64,000 nucleotides of DNA. Origin: Tubiluchus corallicola (taxonomy: Eukaryota; Animalia; Priapulida). The notes beneath the pieces are model-generated. The model saw only the letters and a program-made list of their open reading frames with translations. It had not been told where the DNA came from and ran no database searches. Where the stretch lies: the NCBI GenBank assembly GCA_030141605.1, contig JAQGDQ010001056.1, positions 1 through 64,000 on the forward strand, given 5' to 3'. This document shows positions 1 to 13,574 of the stretch, piece after piece. The position numbers and the translations under genes were made by a program. Within the stretch, counting starts at the first letter, position 1. The number at the start of each line of letters is the position of its first letter.

Positions 1-1029
1 CTATAACAGGCTGTCGTCTTTTTTTATTACTAAGACGATTAGTCATCGTGTTTTTAAACATTTAAGCAATTTTTCGACGTTTTTTCTCTGTCTGAAGACG
101 CTTTGTAATTCAAAGGAAAAGGTTTGAACAGAGCAGATGTGTTTATAAAAGTAACGACTGGAAATTCGAAGGGAAAGGTTTGGACAGAACAGATGTGTTT
201 ATAAAAGTAACGATTGGAAATTCGAAGGGAAAGGTTTGGACAGAGCAGGTGTATAAAACAAACAAATCTTCAAAAACATGAATGTATACAAGGGTGTGGT
301 ATATCTAATGTCATGCATCAAGATAGCATAAAGCAGACAGACAATACAATCGGAATAAAGTGAAATCGCTGAACCAAAAAGTTAAAAACTTGCTCTGACG
401 TTGCTAGTTTTGCGTGGTTTCAATCCGAAACCAGATGTGAAAGTGAAACCTAAATGCCGAACCTCTGCTTCATCCGCTTCACTGTCACGATCATTTAAAT
501 TGGAACAGTTTTCTTCTAAATGACCCCCGGTCGCCATGGCGTCCATACCAACGTCAACAGCTGTAAGTGACTAGTACTTAGGTTTCACTTTCACATCTGG
601 TTTCGGATTGAAACCACGCAAAACTAGCAACGTCAGAGCAAGTTTTTAACTTTTTGGTTCAGCGATTTCACTGTATTCCGATTGTATTGTCTGTCTGCTT
701 TATGCTATCTTGATGCATGACATTAGATATACCACACCCTTGTATACATTCATGTTTTTGAAGATTTGTTTGTTTTATACACCTGCTCTGTCCAAACCTT
801 TCCCTTCGAATTTCCAATCGTTACTTTTATAAACACATCTGTTCTGTCCAAACCTTTCCCTTCGAATTTCCAATCGTTACTTTATAAACACATCTGTTCT
901 GTCCAAACCTTTTCCTTTGAATTACAAAGCGTCTTCAGACAGAGAAAAAACGTCGAAAAATTGCTTAAATGTTTAAAAACACGATGACTAATCGTCTTAG
1001 TAATAAAAAAAGACGACAGCCTGTTATAG
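1..1029. repeat. Long near-perfect inverted repeat (foldback element); arms 1-453 and 578-1029, 124-bp spacer; left arm cut by window edge
   Basis: CTATAACAGGCTGTCGTC at 1 is the reverse complement of GACGACAGCCTGTTATAG ending at 1029; the match continues inward to GTGAAACCTAA(453)/TTAGGTTTCAC(578) with only a few differences; each arm holds a ~58-bp internal tandem repeat. Confidence 0.95.
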
Positions 1030-1742
1030 TGAAGAATCGTTTATGTTGAGAAACAAACGACTTGACAGGGATGATAACAGAAGATTTTAATGGAACTACT
1101 TGTAATATAAAAGAAAACAAACTTTGACAAACACTCAAAATACCGATTACAAGTGGGTTTTGATACTTGATAGAAAAAACAGTAAACAAGTTATTGCGTT
1201 TGCACTATGTACGATGCGACACACATAAACCTGCTGTTGCGTCCAAGTCAACACTGAGTAACTTCCGATTGCTACGATGAAGCCAGTCAGTATGCTGATG
1301 ACGTCACAGCCTCATAAACAGGTTTAAGTAATTAAATGAAAAAGAGAAACCCACCAAACGTCAGATTACGTAATGTTCACGAAAAGGTGAAGCCATGCAA
1401 GTTTGTCACGTCCTTGTCTTCGCGGTCGCTGTCAGATATCTTTGACGGCTGTGACGCGAGCAGGTAATTCCAGAATGTCACATAAAGCGTGTAAAAGCAG
1501 CTTCAAGTTGACGAACTAATTATCCTACCTTAACTTTATCAGGTCCCTGTAGTTACGTAATTATAGTGAAATGAGTGAACGCTTGCACGAGGCCTATAAG
1601 CTCTCATGTCCCCACTGCCTTTCAAAGCAATTAGCAATATACGTGAAGTTGCAAGTGACAGGCACAGGAGTGTATAGAAATAACAAGTTCTCTGTGGGAT
1701 AAAGCAGAGAGATAGTAATCATCAGAACATTTGCTGCTCTAT

Positions 1743-1806
1743 GATGTGTGTGTGTATGTGCGTGCGTGCGTGCGTGCGTGTGTGTGTGTGTGCGTGTGTG
1801 TGTATT

Positions 1807-1880
<74 letters not shown>

Positions 1881-2070
1881 CGTATGTGTGTATTTGCGTG
1901 TGTGTGTGTGTGTGTGTGTGTATTTGTGTGTGTGTGTGTGTATGTGTGTGTGTGTATTTGCGTGCGTGTGTGTGTGCGTGTGAGTGTGTGTGTGTGCATG
2001 TGAGTGAGCGTGTGCGTGCGTGCGTGTGTATGTGCATGTGTGCGTGCGTGCGCGTGTGTGCGTTTGTGTC
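1743..2070. repeat. (TG)n/(TGCG)n compound microsatellite
   Basis: Directly visible; explains the HT/VC-rich ORFs. Confidence 0.98.
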
Positions 2071-2139
2071 GACAGTGTGTCTCATAACAAAGCTAATGGT
2101 TAAAGTTGACTTTTCGAAACCAGTTATTGTACATTTGTT

Positions 2140-2456
2140 ATAATGCTTTAAATAATACCAAGACCACAATGGTAAAGTTTCAGCATTCACTGCACAGTGC
2201 ACAGGTATATGCAGTCATACGGTAACTACATTTAAACACATAAGACTTTGCAGTCAGTAACAAACGTGGCTGCTTTCAGCAACAATTTTAGTTCTGTGCT
2301 TTGCAGAAGTGTAATTGCAGAAGTAGACACGGAAGAGCTCAGCTCAAAAGTGTTATGTCTTTCAATTTAGCTGCTGTAGGACTGCATATACTTGTGCACT
2401 GTGCAATAAATGCTGAAACTTTACCATCGTGGTCTTAGTATTATTTAAAGTATTAT
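2140..2456. mobile_element. MITE-like element with ~100-bp imperfect terminal inverted repeats
   Basis: TTTAAATAATACCAAGACCACAATGGTAAAGTTTCAGCATT... is mirrored by ...AATGCTGAAACTTTACCATCGTGGTCTTAGTATTATTTAAA. Confidence 0.8.
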
Positions 2457-3174
2457 TGAAATTCTATACCACAAAGAATCTGTTTAAACATTATTACAAT
2501 ACGTTAAACCAGTGCAATATTCGTACATTCTGCAAAATTATGGTAACGCTTCGACACAAGTATAATAGGTTCGTTGAACACTTTTTCAGACCGCTTAAAT
2601 AGCTTAAAACAACTACAATAGCAGCAAAAAGGTGAAAGAATTAAAGTTTGCCAAATGCACTAGCAAACTTGCTCTTTTCCAGGATGTTTTTACTGCAAAA
2701 TACTCAAAATGCACAGAAATTGTACACTGAGTGAAAAACTTCGCTATTTTGCTAATCAGTGTGTTTCAAGTTCAGTACAATAGTATAAATGTTCCCCACT
2801 GCAGTACAATTATTCTTTTATGGTAACTATAGTGTATGAAACAATAAGTTATTACAATATGAAGTAACAATTTTGATGTCACAATGTATTGAATATCACT
2901 ATATTGTACTGAACGTGACAATAATAGAAACTTCAAAAAAAGTTTATTATTGATTTTGAGAGGTTTGCTTTGCAAAGATCATCATCGCAGTTTGTTTATT
3001 ACTGAAGGTGAATTTTGACTCAGTATTGTTGTATAAAGGAACGGCAGAAAATTAAATTCTCCGTTTTGGAGATGGAAACGACGTAGAAATATTTCGTTTT
3101 GGAAACTAAATTCGTCTCACAGTACTACTCTTTCCACCATTGTACCACGTTAATATCATCATTCATCATCATCT

Positions 3175-3590
3175 GTGGAGTCACACCTCCTCTGAAATGA
3201 CCCTCCTGATCACTTTGCTCCATGCTGCCCTGTCACCCGCAACCTCCCATGTCTCTGTATTTTTGATACCTAATGGTGTGTTTTGGAAAGATCTTTTCGG
3301 ATGAAATTGATATAAGTCAGCAGCTGTCCTCCTTGTAGTTTCTTTTCTTTCTGCAGCGCATCTTTGAAAGCTAATTTTAATGGACTGTCATCTGGTAGTC
3401 GAATAACATGTCCTGTCCATCTTAATCTTCTCTTTTTGATTTTAACTGTCAATTTCCTCTGCCTTGACTTTATTATACAGATCCTAGTTTGATATTTTCC
3501 TAAGCCATTTTATTCCAGTAGTTTCTTCTTTGAAATTCATCAATTTCTGATTCGTCTTGTGCTTTAACTGCCCATAATTCTGAGTGTCAT
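3175..3590 (-). mobile_element. Degraded RTE-clade LINE, 3' fragment
   Basis: ORF 3270-3452 reads KIKKRRLRWTGHVIRLPDDSPLK, the RLRWxGHVxR motif C-terminal to RTE reverse transcriptase; short (GAT)-type tail next to the 3' end. Confidence 0.85.
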
Positions 3591-4056
3591 CATTGACTAT
3601 CATAGTAAAACAGAAGAAGTATTGACGTCATAGAGTTGCATGGTGGCGACAGCTGTTGGAGAACTGTTAATATTTGAAAATCACAAAGTTAAAGCAAAAG
3701 GAAACATCATTCTTACATTGGTAAAATTGTAAGCTAATTACATTGGTAAGCTAAGAGAATTTGTCTTGAAAAATTTTTATCCATTACATATTGTATATAG
3801 AGCTTGCGTTAGCAATTTAAACTCTGATGATAACCATTAGACACATCTATTTTACCGGTAAGTCATTTGAAACTAGTTTAGATAACACTTTTTATATAGT
3901 CTGAAAAATAATCAAAGCATTCGTAACACACTCTAAGTTCACTAAGCAAAAATGTAAATTAATTTATCTTGTCAATAACATTAATAATATTTTTTGAACT
4001 GAACTGAATTGAAGATTTTATGCAGAACCAAAGTTCCATATTATGAAATGCATACA

Positions 4057-4318
<262 letters not shown>

Positions 4319-4805
4319 AATACACACATATCATTATATAAAAAAAATTAAATAGTGTAAATGGTGCAAAATACGGCTATATGCATATATACAAAAAGTA
4401 ATAATCATAATAGTCATTTCTACAAGATAATATTGAATTCAAAGCTTTTCGAGATGCACTTTAAAATTCTCCTTTTTTCCCTTTAGTGTCTCAACCTGTT
4501 TCTTAAAAAAAATAATAAGGATAATAATCAATTTCCAAATAGGTCAAAACATATTTATAAGAAGCCATTTCTACATCGCTGCAAATCATATGACTCGAAT
4601 ACCACGAATCCACAGTGTAAACTTACAGAAAGGAGCATGAATGCCTCGGTCAGTCAACATAACAAGCATTTTTATGCTTAACTGGCAAGATTAGGTGCTA
4701 CGCTGCATCAAGAGAAGGGGGGGGGGGCGTAGAAGGACGTTTGTAAATAACTTTGGAACATGTTGCAGACGTTTGTTGCAGAAAAGATAATGAAGACACA
4801 CTCAC

Positions 4806-4844
4806 GGCGGAGACGTGTGTTGCTAACAAGGGTACAGAACCATC
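4806..4844 (-). other. Candidate 39-nt micro-exon
   Basis: Minus strand: aatttAG|GATGGTTC...CTCCGCC|GTGAGT; canonical splice signals, open in two frames; no independent support. Confidence 0.25.
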
Positions 4845-4964
4845 CTAAATTAATGACAATTCGTAGACGTCTAGAAGGTTGTTTTTGTCATCAGACCGCC
4901 AATGAAGGCTGTCTCGCAGTTTAATTTACTAATGGCTTTCTCTGTTTGGCAATCTCAGCGCAGT

Positions 4965-5226
4965 TTCAAACAAACTTTATAAGGAGCTCAGTAAGTGGAT
5001 TAAATCACGTCTTTGAAAAGTTATAAACACTACTACACAAAACCTGCATAAGACCACACAAAACTCCTTTCATACAATAAGTATTAGATTAATTTGAAAC
5101 ATACAAAAACGCTACGGATAACACTGTAGCTTTCTCAGTGCAAGCTCTCACATTACAATACTTATTATTATGCATCAAAGAAATATTTTAATCCACTTAC
5201 TGCGCATGTTACAAAGTTTGCTTGAA
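4965..5226. mobile_element. Old MITE-like element with ~40-bp degenerate TIRs
   Basis: CAAACTTT...CAGTAAGTGGATTAAA versus TTTAATCCACTTACTG...AAAGTTTG. Confidence 0.6.
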
Positions 5227-5383
5227 AAATATGATTACAGTCTTTTGTAAAACATGTTACTAGTTATTCGCCGTTTAAGAAACCGATTGTACAGTCTAGT
5301 GTTTGTTTCAGTTGCCCAGAGATGGCGCAACGAAGCCGTATACAAACACAACTATATCACTAGAAGCAATAGACTTTCTTTAA

Positions 5384-5984
5384 AGCAAAACCGCACCCAA
5401 TCTTAAACTGTAGGTCAAAACAATCTTTAAAATAATGAAAGGAAACACACTATTTTTTTTCAAAATGACTTGTGTGAAAGAATTATTACCACACAAACAC
5501 AATCACGTTTGCGCCATTAGCTCTTCGCTGTTACATGCATTTCGCCATTCTCTAGTTAGGCAGGCACTAGTGCCTGCATTTCGGAAACGCGATTTGCACA
5601 AAAACCAGGTTCTGTACCTCTCAGTTCAGAGGTCTTAACTACACACGTTCGACAGCTCATGCGTGAACACAGCGGTAAACTTGAAATTTGAATTTGTATC
5701 CTAAAACTTGCCTTGTTTTAGTACAATGCACTGAATATCTTACAGTAGTACTGTACTTCAATTTTCGCTTTCGCAAACACATGCAGCACGCTCATTGAAT
5801 GTTTTTGCTGTTGAAAATTATGTTAGTTTGTGATGTCGTCAATAGTTGGGCTCGCGCCGTTAATTAAGTTTTTAGTCTATTATTTAATTAACTGAAGCGC
5901 TTTTGCAGTATTAAATGCGTTAAAATGTGTACTTTTTATCGGACTTGAAAATGGGATAGTATATGAAAAACATCCTATCTTCCT
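5384..5984 (+). mobile_element. Family A ~600-bp non-autonomous DNA transposon (Kolobok-like), copy 1
   Basis: TTAA|AGCAAAACCG...CTATCTTCCT|TTAA: TTAA duplication and AG...CT termini; homologous to four other copies in the window. Strand is a relative orientation only. Confidence 0.85.
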
Positions 5985-6269
5985 TTAAGTGTTAATGGTT
6001 CGATATGTATAATATGTTTGTGCCTGTAAATTACCTTTATAGTTGGACTGTTGCAGCTTATAGACCTTAAATTTCGTACGATTTTTCATAGAAATGACTT
6101 GATTTTGGGGTAAATTGCCGCACAAACGACTGCAAAGGAGTTCAAACGTCATTTTGGTAAAAAATGATGTATTTCTTCAGAAGCATGCAAAATAGACAAA
6201 TAGTTTACACTGAGTACAGAAAGGCAACCTCAAATAGAGACATCACTTTTCATCATGGTTGCCACTTAC

Positions 6270-6299
6270 ATCGGAGGGCCAAGCTTGGATTTATAAATT
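6270..6299 (-). other. Candidate 30-nt micro-exon
   Basis: Minus strand: acattCAG|AATTTATAAATCCAAGCTTGGCCCTCCGAT|GTAAGT; open in the phase left by exon 20152-20897 (..KVER-IYKSKLGPP..). Confidence 0.3.
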
Positions 6300-6471
6300 C
6301 TGAATGTACTATATAGTAAAACAGAATGGCCAGGACGAAGGGTGAATTCAGTACATTGAAATTGTTAAGATGAAATAAATAACAGAAACTAAACGCACAG
6401 TCCGGTGTACGAGGTCCACCCGTGTTTTCACCGAATGTTTTATCAGTTTGTTTGGTTCGTCAGTCACGTAA

Positions 6472-7116
6472 GGCCCATTTCACAATGAGGACGCAAGGAA
6501 AAATGAGGCACGGAATTGCGGTACGAAAAGCAGAAAAATTCCTGAAAATTTTCGATTTTCTTCGAAATCCCATTCTGCAAGAAAGTTTATTTCACTGTGA
6601 AACCGCCCGGTTTTTTTCAGCGCGTCCATTAACTACAGCTACGTTGTCTAAATCAAGTTATACTTGCCATATTTCTCACAAAGTACAATTAATAATATTA
6701 GCCAATGTAATGTCTGCCGTGTTTGTTCTTTAGTAAAGTTCTACTAACCACTTTAAAATCTGAAAATATACATACATAAAAGAAATATATCAGTTCGTTG
6801 CTTTTCTTTTACACGAATGTAGCCATCGATGTTGCATTAATAAAACATTAAATCGTCAGTCAGTTAAAACAGAGATTAAATCTTAAAATTTTATGCTGAA
6901 ATGTGTTAATTGTTGTTCGTTATTTAAGAAAGAATTGAGTAGTTAAATTTAAGACAAAATTCCGCGAGGATGCCTCACGAAAATGGAACATGCAGTATTT
7001 CTACGCTGCAGCTAACTTTTTCACGAGGAGGACGCATAGCTTCTAGCTGGTAGCAGAATTCATCATGAGGAATTGCACGAGGAAGTTTGCTGCGCGTCCT
7101 TGCTGTGAAATGGGCC
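6472..7116. mobile_element. PIF/Harbinger-like MITE
   Basis: TAA|GGCCCATTTCACA...TGTGAAATGGGCC|TAA: perfect 13-bp TIR and 3-bp TAA duplication; subterminal GAGGA repeats. Confidence 0.9.
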
Positions 7117-9184
7117 TAATATTCCGTATCTCATAATGATACGTTTGCTTACTGATATTGATAACTAAATAAAGAAAGTACAGAAAGTACCTTACTATGC
7201 ACTTTTACCATGTTATATTAATGGACAATAATCTCCATAAAGCTGTAAGCATTAAAGAGAAAATCACTGAAACGGTCAGTGATAATTGTGAGTGGCACCA
7301 AGCTTTCTCAGTTATTCTCACATTACAACACTTTTCAAGAAACTTACATAATGACTGTCTGCATTCACTGATACAGACTTGAAAGTTCCACAACTATTGA
7401 ATATTTCACTTTGCCAATAGTGGAGGGCGTAGTAGCAAATCTCGGATATTTATTGTGGAGAATTGAAAATACGTTTTATTCATATTGGCTTCAATATAGT
7501 TCAGACCTCTAACTAGGTCAATTTATAGATAAAGATTTAAATAATTTAGTTTAGGGTACTATATATCTAATGATGCCTTTCTCTACGCATCGGAACTCTG
7601 CAACATTTATAGCTTCGTATGATTGTAGTACCGCAGTAGAGGGCTAAAATAGAAAAAGATTTAGCCTTGATATAATTAAAGTTTATTTCCCTACAGAACG
7701 AATAAAACGGATTTTTCTGGTCTTGTTTTGAGTTTTGACTTGTGATGTCTGACTCTGTTGATTTCTAGTAAAATAGGGATTAAATATATGTAGTTCTTGA
7801 GATTACTGATTGTAACTCTTGTGAATTTAAACATTGAATTGGAATTTAATAAATTGGTATATCAATTTATCTGCATTTTTATGTTACTTCACAGGAAACT
7901 TGATGCATTAATAGCCTTGATGTTAGCACGCACTTCAATAGTTCTTGTTTAGTATCACTGTAAGAAATGTTATACGCACAAATTAGAAAAGCTAATTACA
8001 GAATCCGTAAATGTAATATTGTAGAATTCACTCTGTATAGTGTCTATGTAAAATTGTATAATGTTAGTACAGATGTTTTTGCTTGCAAAAATAATAAAGA
8101 TTTATCATCATATCATCTTCATCTGACTAGAAACATTTATTTGAAATCTAGAGAACAATTACTCAGTTATCGATGTTTTCTGTTTCTATCGGTATGAGAC
8201 ACGGATATGATTTTTACACACAGTTCTCCGGGAAATTTTTTAACCGGGAAAGTTGTTAAAACCATGCGAGTGCACGAAGCCTGCTCAAACAGAAAGCACA
8301 AAGAACCGAAAGTACAAACGCCCCACGGGAAATGTTCAATTCTGTCTTATGATGTTAGAACAAAAGGAAATGAAACATAACCGCGCGTGCGCAGTCACAT
8401 TATAATTTTACTAACTTCTACAATCGACGTTTTAACTGGGCAAATCATGACTAGATGTCATCTCACATACTTAACCAAGCCGGGTGATCAGGTTTATTCA
8501 TTTTTTGATTTCAGTCCATCACTCACGCATCCAGTCAGTGAGATGGCATGAGGAGCGTTTACAGTCCTGTATAATCTTTAAAGGTAAACTGTAAGTCGAA
8601 AAGGAACATACTCGCAACTGTATGAACTTATCCGAACATCTTAAAGAATGGCGAGTCGTGTATACTGTATAGGTACTGTGGAACTGCAGCGCCCCCTATT
8701 TTCACTCAATATAATCGTTAACATTCAATGTAATAAGTCTTTTTTTAGTTCTTTCTTTGGACTTGTACGGAAACAGTGCACGTGAGGGTAGTACTAATTG
8801 CTTCACAGCCCAGCACAGTTGGCTGTTGTTCACATGTCTGAGCACAGGCAGAGAGGTAGGAAAAAGTACTGTCACTCACACAGTTTGTTGTCAGTTGTCA
8901 CGTGCTTACTGTGAATGGATCAAGCTTGAACTGCAACAGTTTAGGCTACTAGTCAACAAAAAATATTTTTGTTTAGAATTTTATCAAGCTTATGTATAAA
9001 CTTTCATGTGTTTGTTTTTTAAATTACAATTACAACATTAAAATTACGTATGTTTGTTTCGTTTTACACAGTGTTAAAACAATGGCTAAAAATTTTCTGA
9101 AGCAGCACTCCCACTAATTTTAGCTACGAGCCGCCATTGTTCTTGACATACTTAAAGTACAAGAAAACGTCGCTCTTACATCGT

Positions 9185-9660
9185 CTTGAAATTTTGTATC
9201 ATCTATATGATGTCTTACTGCGCGCACACCTTCTGTATTACGGCAATAAGGCTGTATAAAATTTGTAAATTTAAACTCCCGCGATGACTGTTAGGCTCAG
9301 CCGTTTTAATGCTAAGTCGTTTGAAACAAGTTGAGGCAACATTGCTTAAATTTTGCAAAAATAATCAGAGCATTTGCAACACACTCTTTGCTAACTAAGC
9401 AAAAGTATAAATTATTTTATCTTGATACTAAAATTAATAAGCCTAATATATTTTTTGGTCAGCCAGTGACGTTTTTATTTTGTACGAACTGGGAGAGTGA
9501 AACAGAGAAGTTTTACCAGTTGGCACGAACAATTTAAATTAATAATGTTTTTTGCACTTGTATAAATCATTCAAACAGTAAGTTTAAGGCGAAATATGGA
9601 CAATTGGACAGTTTGTATGGACAGTTTTTTGAGATATATATTTTAACATTTCCCTTTGAG
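9185..9660 (+). mobile_element. Family B interspersed repeat (MITE-like), diverged copy
   Basis: Shares TGTAAATTTAAACTCCC.CGATGAC.GTT...GTTTGAAACAAGTT...AAGCAAAAGTATAAAT with 18285-18780 and, inverted, with 14560-14780. Confidence 0.7.
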
Positions 9661-9782
9661 TGCTTGTCTGCTTGTTGAAACGTGACAATAAGCCAAATTA
9701 GATATTTTATGGAGTGCTGGAAAATGATAGCGAAAGCTGCTTTACCTGAAATTACCTGGTTAATGTAACAACGCTGGCAGAC

Positions 9783-10154
9783 AATAAGCCTTTTCATAGT
9801 TCCAGCGATTGATGATGATCGTGAAAAGGTTAAAGGTTAAGTGCACCAGACAACGCATTTGTGTACAATTGACAACGCCTCGCAGTCTATGCTATTGCAA
9901 TAGTAATTAAAAAAACGGACGAATGCTAGCTATAGAACCTTACCTAGTTCGTTTCTCTTGTTCCAAAGTAAGATCCTGCGCAGGCTAATGTATAATTAAG
10001 TAAGGTCCAAGAAAACAACTGTAGTTATTGAACTGGGCTTTGCTTTACCCACATATCAAGTGATGGTTGTAGCTAAGACGCGTTGCTGTGTCACACTTAA
10101 CCTTTGACCTACAGCAACTGCGCGCGCACACAACGAAACAGTGAAAGGCTTATT
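9783..10154 (+). mobile_element. Family C ~400-bp MITE, copy 1
   Basis: Termini AATAAGCCTTTTCA...GTGAAAGGCTTATT; homologous to 27349, 50990 and 52902; superfamily not assigned. Confidence 0.85.
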
Positions 10155-10363
10155 GTCGTAGTTATGCTTCATTATTTGCTTACTTGCAACATTTCAATAA
10201 CACATTTATACAGCTGCAGTATAATCATTTTCTTTTGCTGCTTCAAGTATTACTTCAAAGCATGTGCAAATAAGTTAACGAATATGAATAGGTATATTTA
10301 ATAAGGAATGTTATAATCAATATTACGTGTATATGAATGTATATAGAAGGTTCTATAACCTTA

Positions 10364-10602
10364 GGGTGCGTTCAAACTAGCGAGCAAAACTTGTGAGTTA
10401 CTGTCATTCTGACATTCTGACGCAAGCTGACATTCAGCACTCTATTCACTACGAGATGTGTCGAGAGTAACTCGCCGAAGCGTTCACACAAGGAAGTAAA
10501 TCAACTCACAGCACTGTCGAAGAGTTTGCAAAAACTTACCGACAGTAACTTGCAAAGCAGTCCACACTTGCGAGTTTCCTGTCAGAGATAAAATACGCAA
10601 CA
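10364..10602. mobile_element. Harbinger-like MITE fragment related to 54233-54400
   Basis: Begins TTA|GGGTGCGTTCAAACTAGCGAG; 10541-10600 matches the reverse complement of ~54262-54326. Confidence 0.6.
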
Positions 10603-11163
10603 ATTGGGAAAATGCTTATTGAGCAAGCCAATGTAGCAAGTTTCATTTATTTGCTTACACAAAAAAACTCATCATACTTACATGTATATATGCAAAACAG
10701 AAGCTGAAAACAAGAGGAAAGATTTTGCTATAATTTTTACATTCAAACTTCGTAAGATTTAGCGATAATAGAGTGTCCTGTAATTATGTAATCTTTTAAT
10801 AATTATGACGTGCATTCGTGAATATACTTCGACACCTGGTTTCCATAAATAATGTACAAATACATGACCGTCGAGCTGTCACACTAATGATTGAGCACAC
10901 GTACTACTGAGGTGAGCATACCTCTTGGGAAATCAAGCTTAATAATGTATTACAAGTGGCTAATATCACTTCTCCTAGTGACACGTTAAAGATTAAGCGT
11001 GTTTTGAAGGTATGCTCCCAGTAGGATGTGTGTTTTTGGCAATGTGTCAGCGTCTTTCTCTCTTTCGTGAATTTGCTTGTAACTGAAAACTGAAACCCAT
11101 TAAGTGATTTTTTATGCGTACACCCACGAGAAAACGTCATGGATGAAATAACGACTCCTGGAT

Positions 11164-11765
11164 TTAAGGAAAAACCGGACCCAATCTTAAACTGTAGCTC
11201 AAAACAATCTACTCTTTAAAATATTAAAAGGAAATAAACTATTTTTTCAAAAATGATTTACGTGAAAGAATTATTACCACACAAACGCAATTTCACGTTC
11301 GCGCCACTAGTTCTTCGCTGTTACATGCATTTCGCCATTCGCTAGTTAGACAGGCACTAGCGCCTGCATTTCGGAGAGTGATGCACAAAAAACTGGTGCT
11401 GTACCTCTCAGTTAAGATGTATTAGTTTGTGAAGAACTACGCACGTTCGACAGCTCATGCGTGAGCACAGCGGTAAATTTGAAATTTGAATTTTTATCTT
11501 AAAGCTTGCCTAGTTTTAGTACAACACACTGAATATCTTACAGTAACACTGTACTTCAATTTTCGTTTTCTCAACCCGTTTACAACACGCTCATTGAATG
11601 TTTTTGCTATTAAAAATTATGTTAGTTTGTGACGACATCAATAGTTGGACTCGCCCGCCGTTAATTTAAATTTAATCAAATACTTAATTATCTGAAAGGC
11701 TTTTGCAGTATTAATTATGTTAAAATGTATACTTTTTTTTATCAGACATAAAAATGGGGTAGTAT
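11164..11765 (+). mobile_element. Family A Kolobok-like MITE, copy 2 (right terminus missing)
   Basis: Colinear with 5384-5984 up to AAAATGGGGTAGTAT, then breaks off. Confidence 0.85.
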
Positions 11766-12009
11766 TGGTAAAAGTATTATTACCGTAGAATCTTAATTAC
11801 CTCGCTATTGCATGCATTTGCATTACACGCTCTTACATGCTGTTACATTTACAGGTGACTAAACTTGAAGCTGATGAAGATAATTTATTAGAAGATCCAG
11901 CAAGTGAAGAAGAAGTGGATGTCTTAGAATTAAACAGTGAACATCGTTAGACCAATCAAGCATAAACAATATACTGCAATGGCCTAAAGCCTCTTTTTAT
12001 CCTTGGTGC

Positions 12010-13457
12010 CAAGGCTTGCAGTACGGTACAGTACGAAAAAAATAGCGTACCGTAATTCCGTACAGTACCTACAAAATCGAATCATACCGAACTAGTGCGT
12101 TAAAATACCCTACGTAATTTCGTACAGTACCTACAAAATCGAATCATACCGAACTAGTGCGATAAAATACCGTACCGTAATTCCGTACAGTACCTACAAA
12201 ATCGAATCATACCGAACTAGCACGATAAAATACCGTACCGTAATTCCGTACAGTACCTACAAAATCGAATCATACCGAACTAGTGCGATAAAATACCGTA
12301 CCGTAATTCCGTACAGTACCTACAAAATCGAATCATACCGAACTAGTACGATAAAATACCGTACCGTAATTCCGTACAGTACCTACAAAATCGAATCATA
12401 CCGAACTAGTACGATAAAATACCGTACCGTAATTCCGTACAGTACCTACAAAATCGAATCATACCGAACTAGTACGATAAAATACCGTACGTAATTCCGT
12501 ACAGTACCTACAAAATCAATCATACCGAACTAAAAATACCTACGTAATTCCGTACAGTACCTACAAAATCGAATCATACCGAACTAGTACGATAAAATAC
12601 CGTACCGTAATTCCGTACAGTACCTACAAAATCGAATCATACCGAACTAGTGCGATAAAATACCGTACCGTAATTCCGTACAGTACCTACAAAATCGAAT
12701 CATACCGAACTAGTACGATAAAATACCGTACCGTAATTCCGTACAGTACCTACAAAATCGAATCATACCGAACTAGTGCGATAAAATACCGTACCGTAAT
12801 TCCGTACAGTACTACAAAATCGAATCATACCGAACTAGTGCGATAAAATACCGTACCGTAATTCCGTACAGTACCTACAAAATCGAATCATACCGAACTA
12901 GTGCGATAAAATACCGTACCGTAATTCCGTACAGTACCTACAAAATCGAATCATACCGAACTAGTGCGATAAAATACCGTACCGTAATTCCGTACAGTAC
13001 CTACAAAATCGAATCATACCGAATAGTCGATAAAATACCGTACCGTAATTCCGTACAGTACCACAAAATCGAATCATACCGAACTAGTGCGATAAAATAC
13101 CGTACCGTAATTCCGTACAGTACCTACAAAATCGAATCATACCGAACTAGTGCGATAAAATACCGTACCGTAATTCCGTACAGTACCTACAAAATCGAAT
13201 CATACCGAACTAGTGCGATAAAATACCGTACCGTAATTCCGTACAGTACCTACAAAATCGAATCATACCGAACTAGTACGATAAAATACCGCACCGTAAT
13301 TCCGTACAGTACCTACAAAATCGAATCATACCGAACTAGTACGATAAAATACCCTACGTAATTTCGTACCGTACCTACAAAATCGAATCATACCGAACTA
13401 GTACCCTAAAATACCCTACGTAATTTTGTACCGTACTGTGCCGTACTGTCAGCCTTG
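12010..13457. mobile_element. hAT-like non-autonomous element filled with a 63-bp tandem array
   Basis: TIRs CAAGGCTTGCAGTACGGTACAGTACG / CGTACTGTGCCGTACTGTCAGCCTTG; 8-bp flanks CTTGGTGC (12002-12009) and CTCGGTGC (13458-13465). Confidence 0.9.
12048..13435. repeat. 63-bp tandem repeat, ~22 copies
   Basis: Unit TACCGTACCGTAATTCCGTACAGTACCTACAAAATCGAATCATACCGAACTAGTGCGATAAAA, head-to-tail with no spacers. Confidence 0.98.
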
Positions 13458-13574
13458 CTCGGTGCCCTCATATATCTATGCCAACTTGCCGCAAAACTTA
13501 GTTTTGTACTAATAGAAATACCTCAATTACCAGTTGGTCATTCTGTCCAGTTAGTAACACATATTAAGCAAGAC

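Noticed and set aside
88-125. CTGAAGA..stem..GAAA hammerhead-like core in the palindrome arm
   Set aside because: Spacing around stem II is wrong and no compatible stem I or stem III with an NUH site can be drawn.
12048-13435. CRISPR-like regular array
   Set aside because: Units are head-to-tail and near identical with no unique spacers, no cas genes are present, the context is eukaryotic, and the array is bounded by transposon TIRs.
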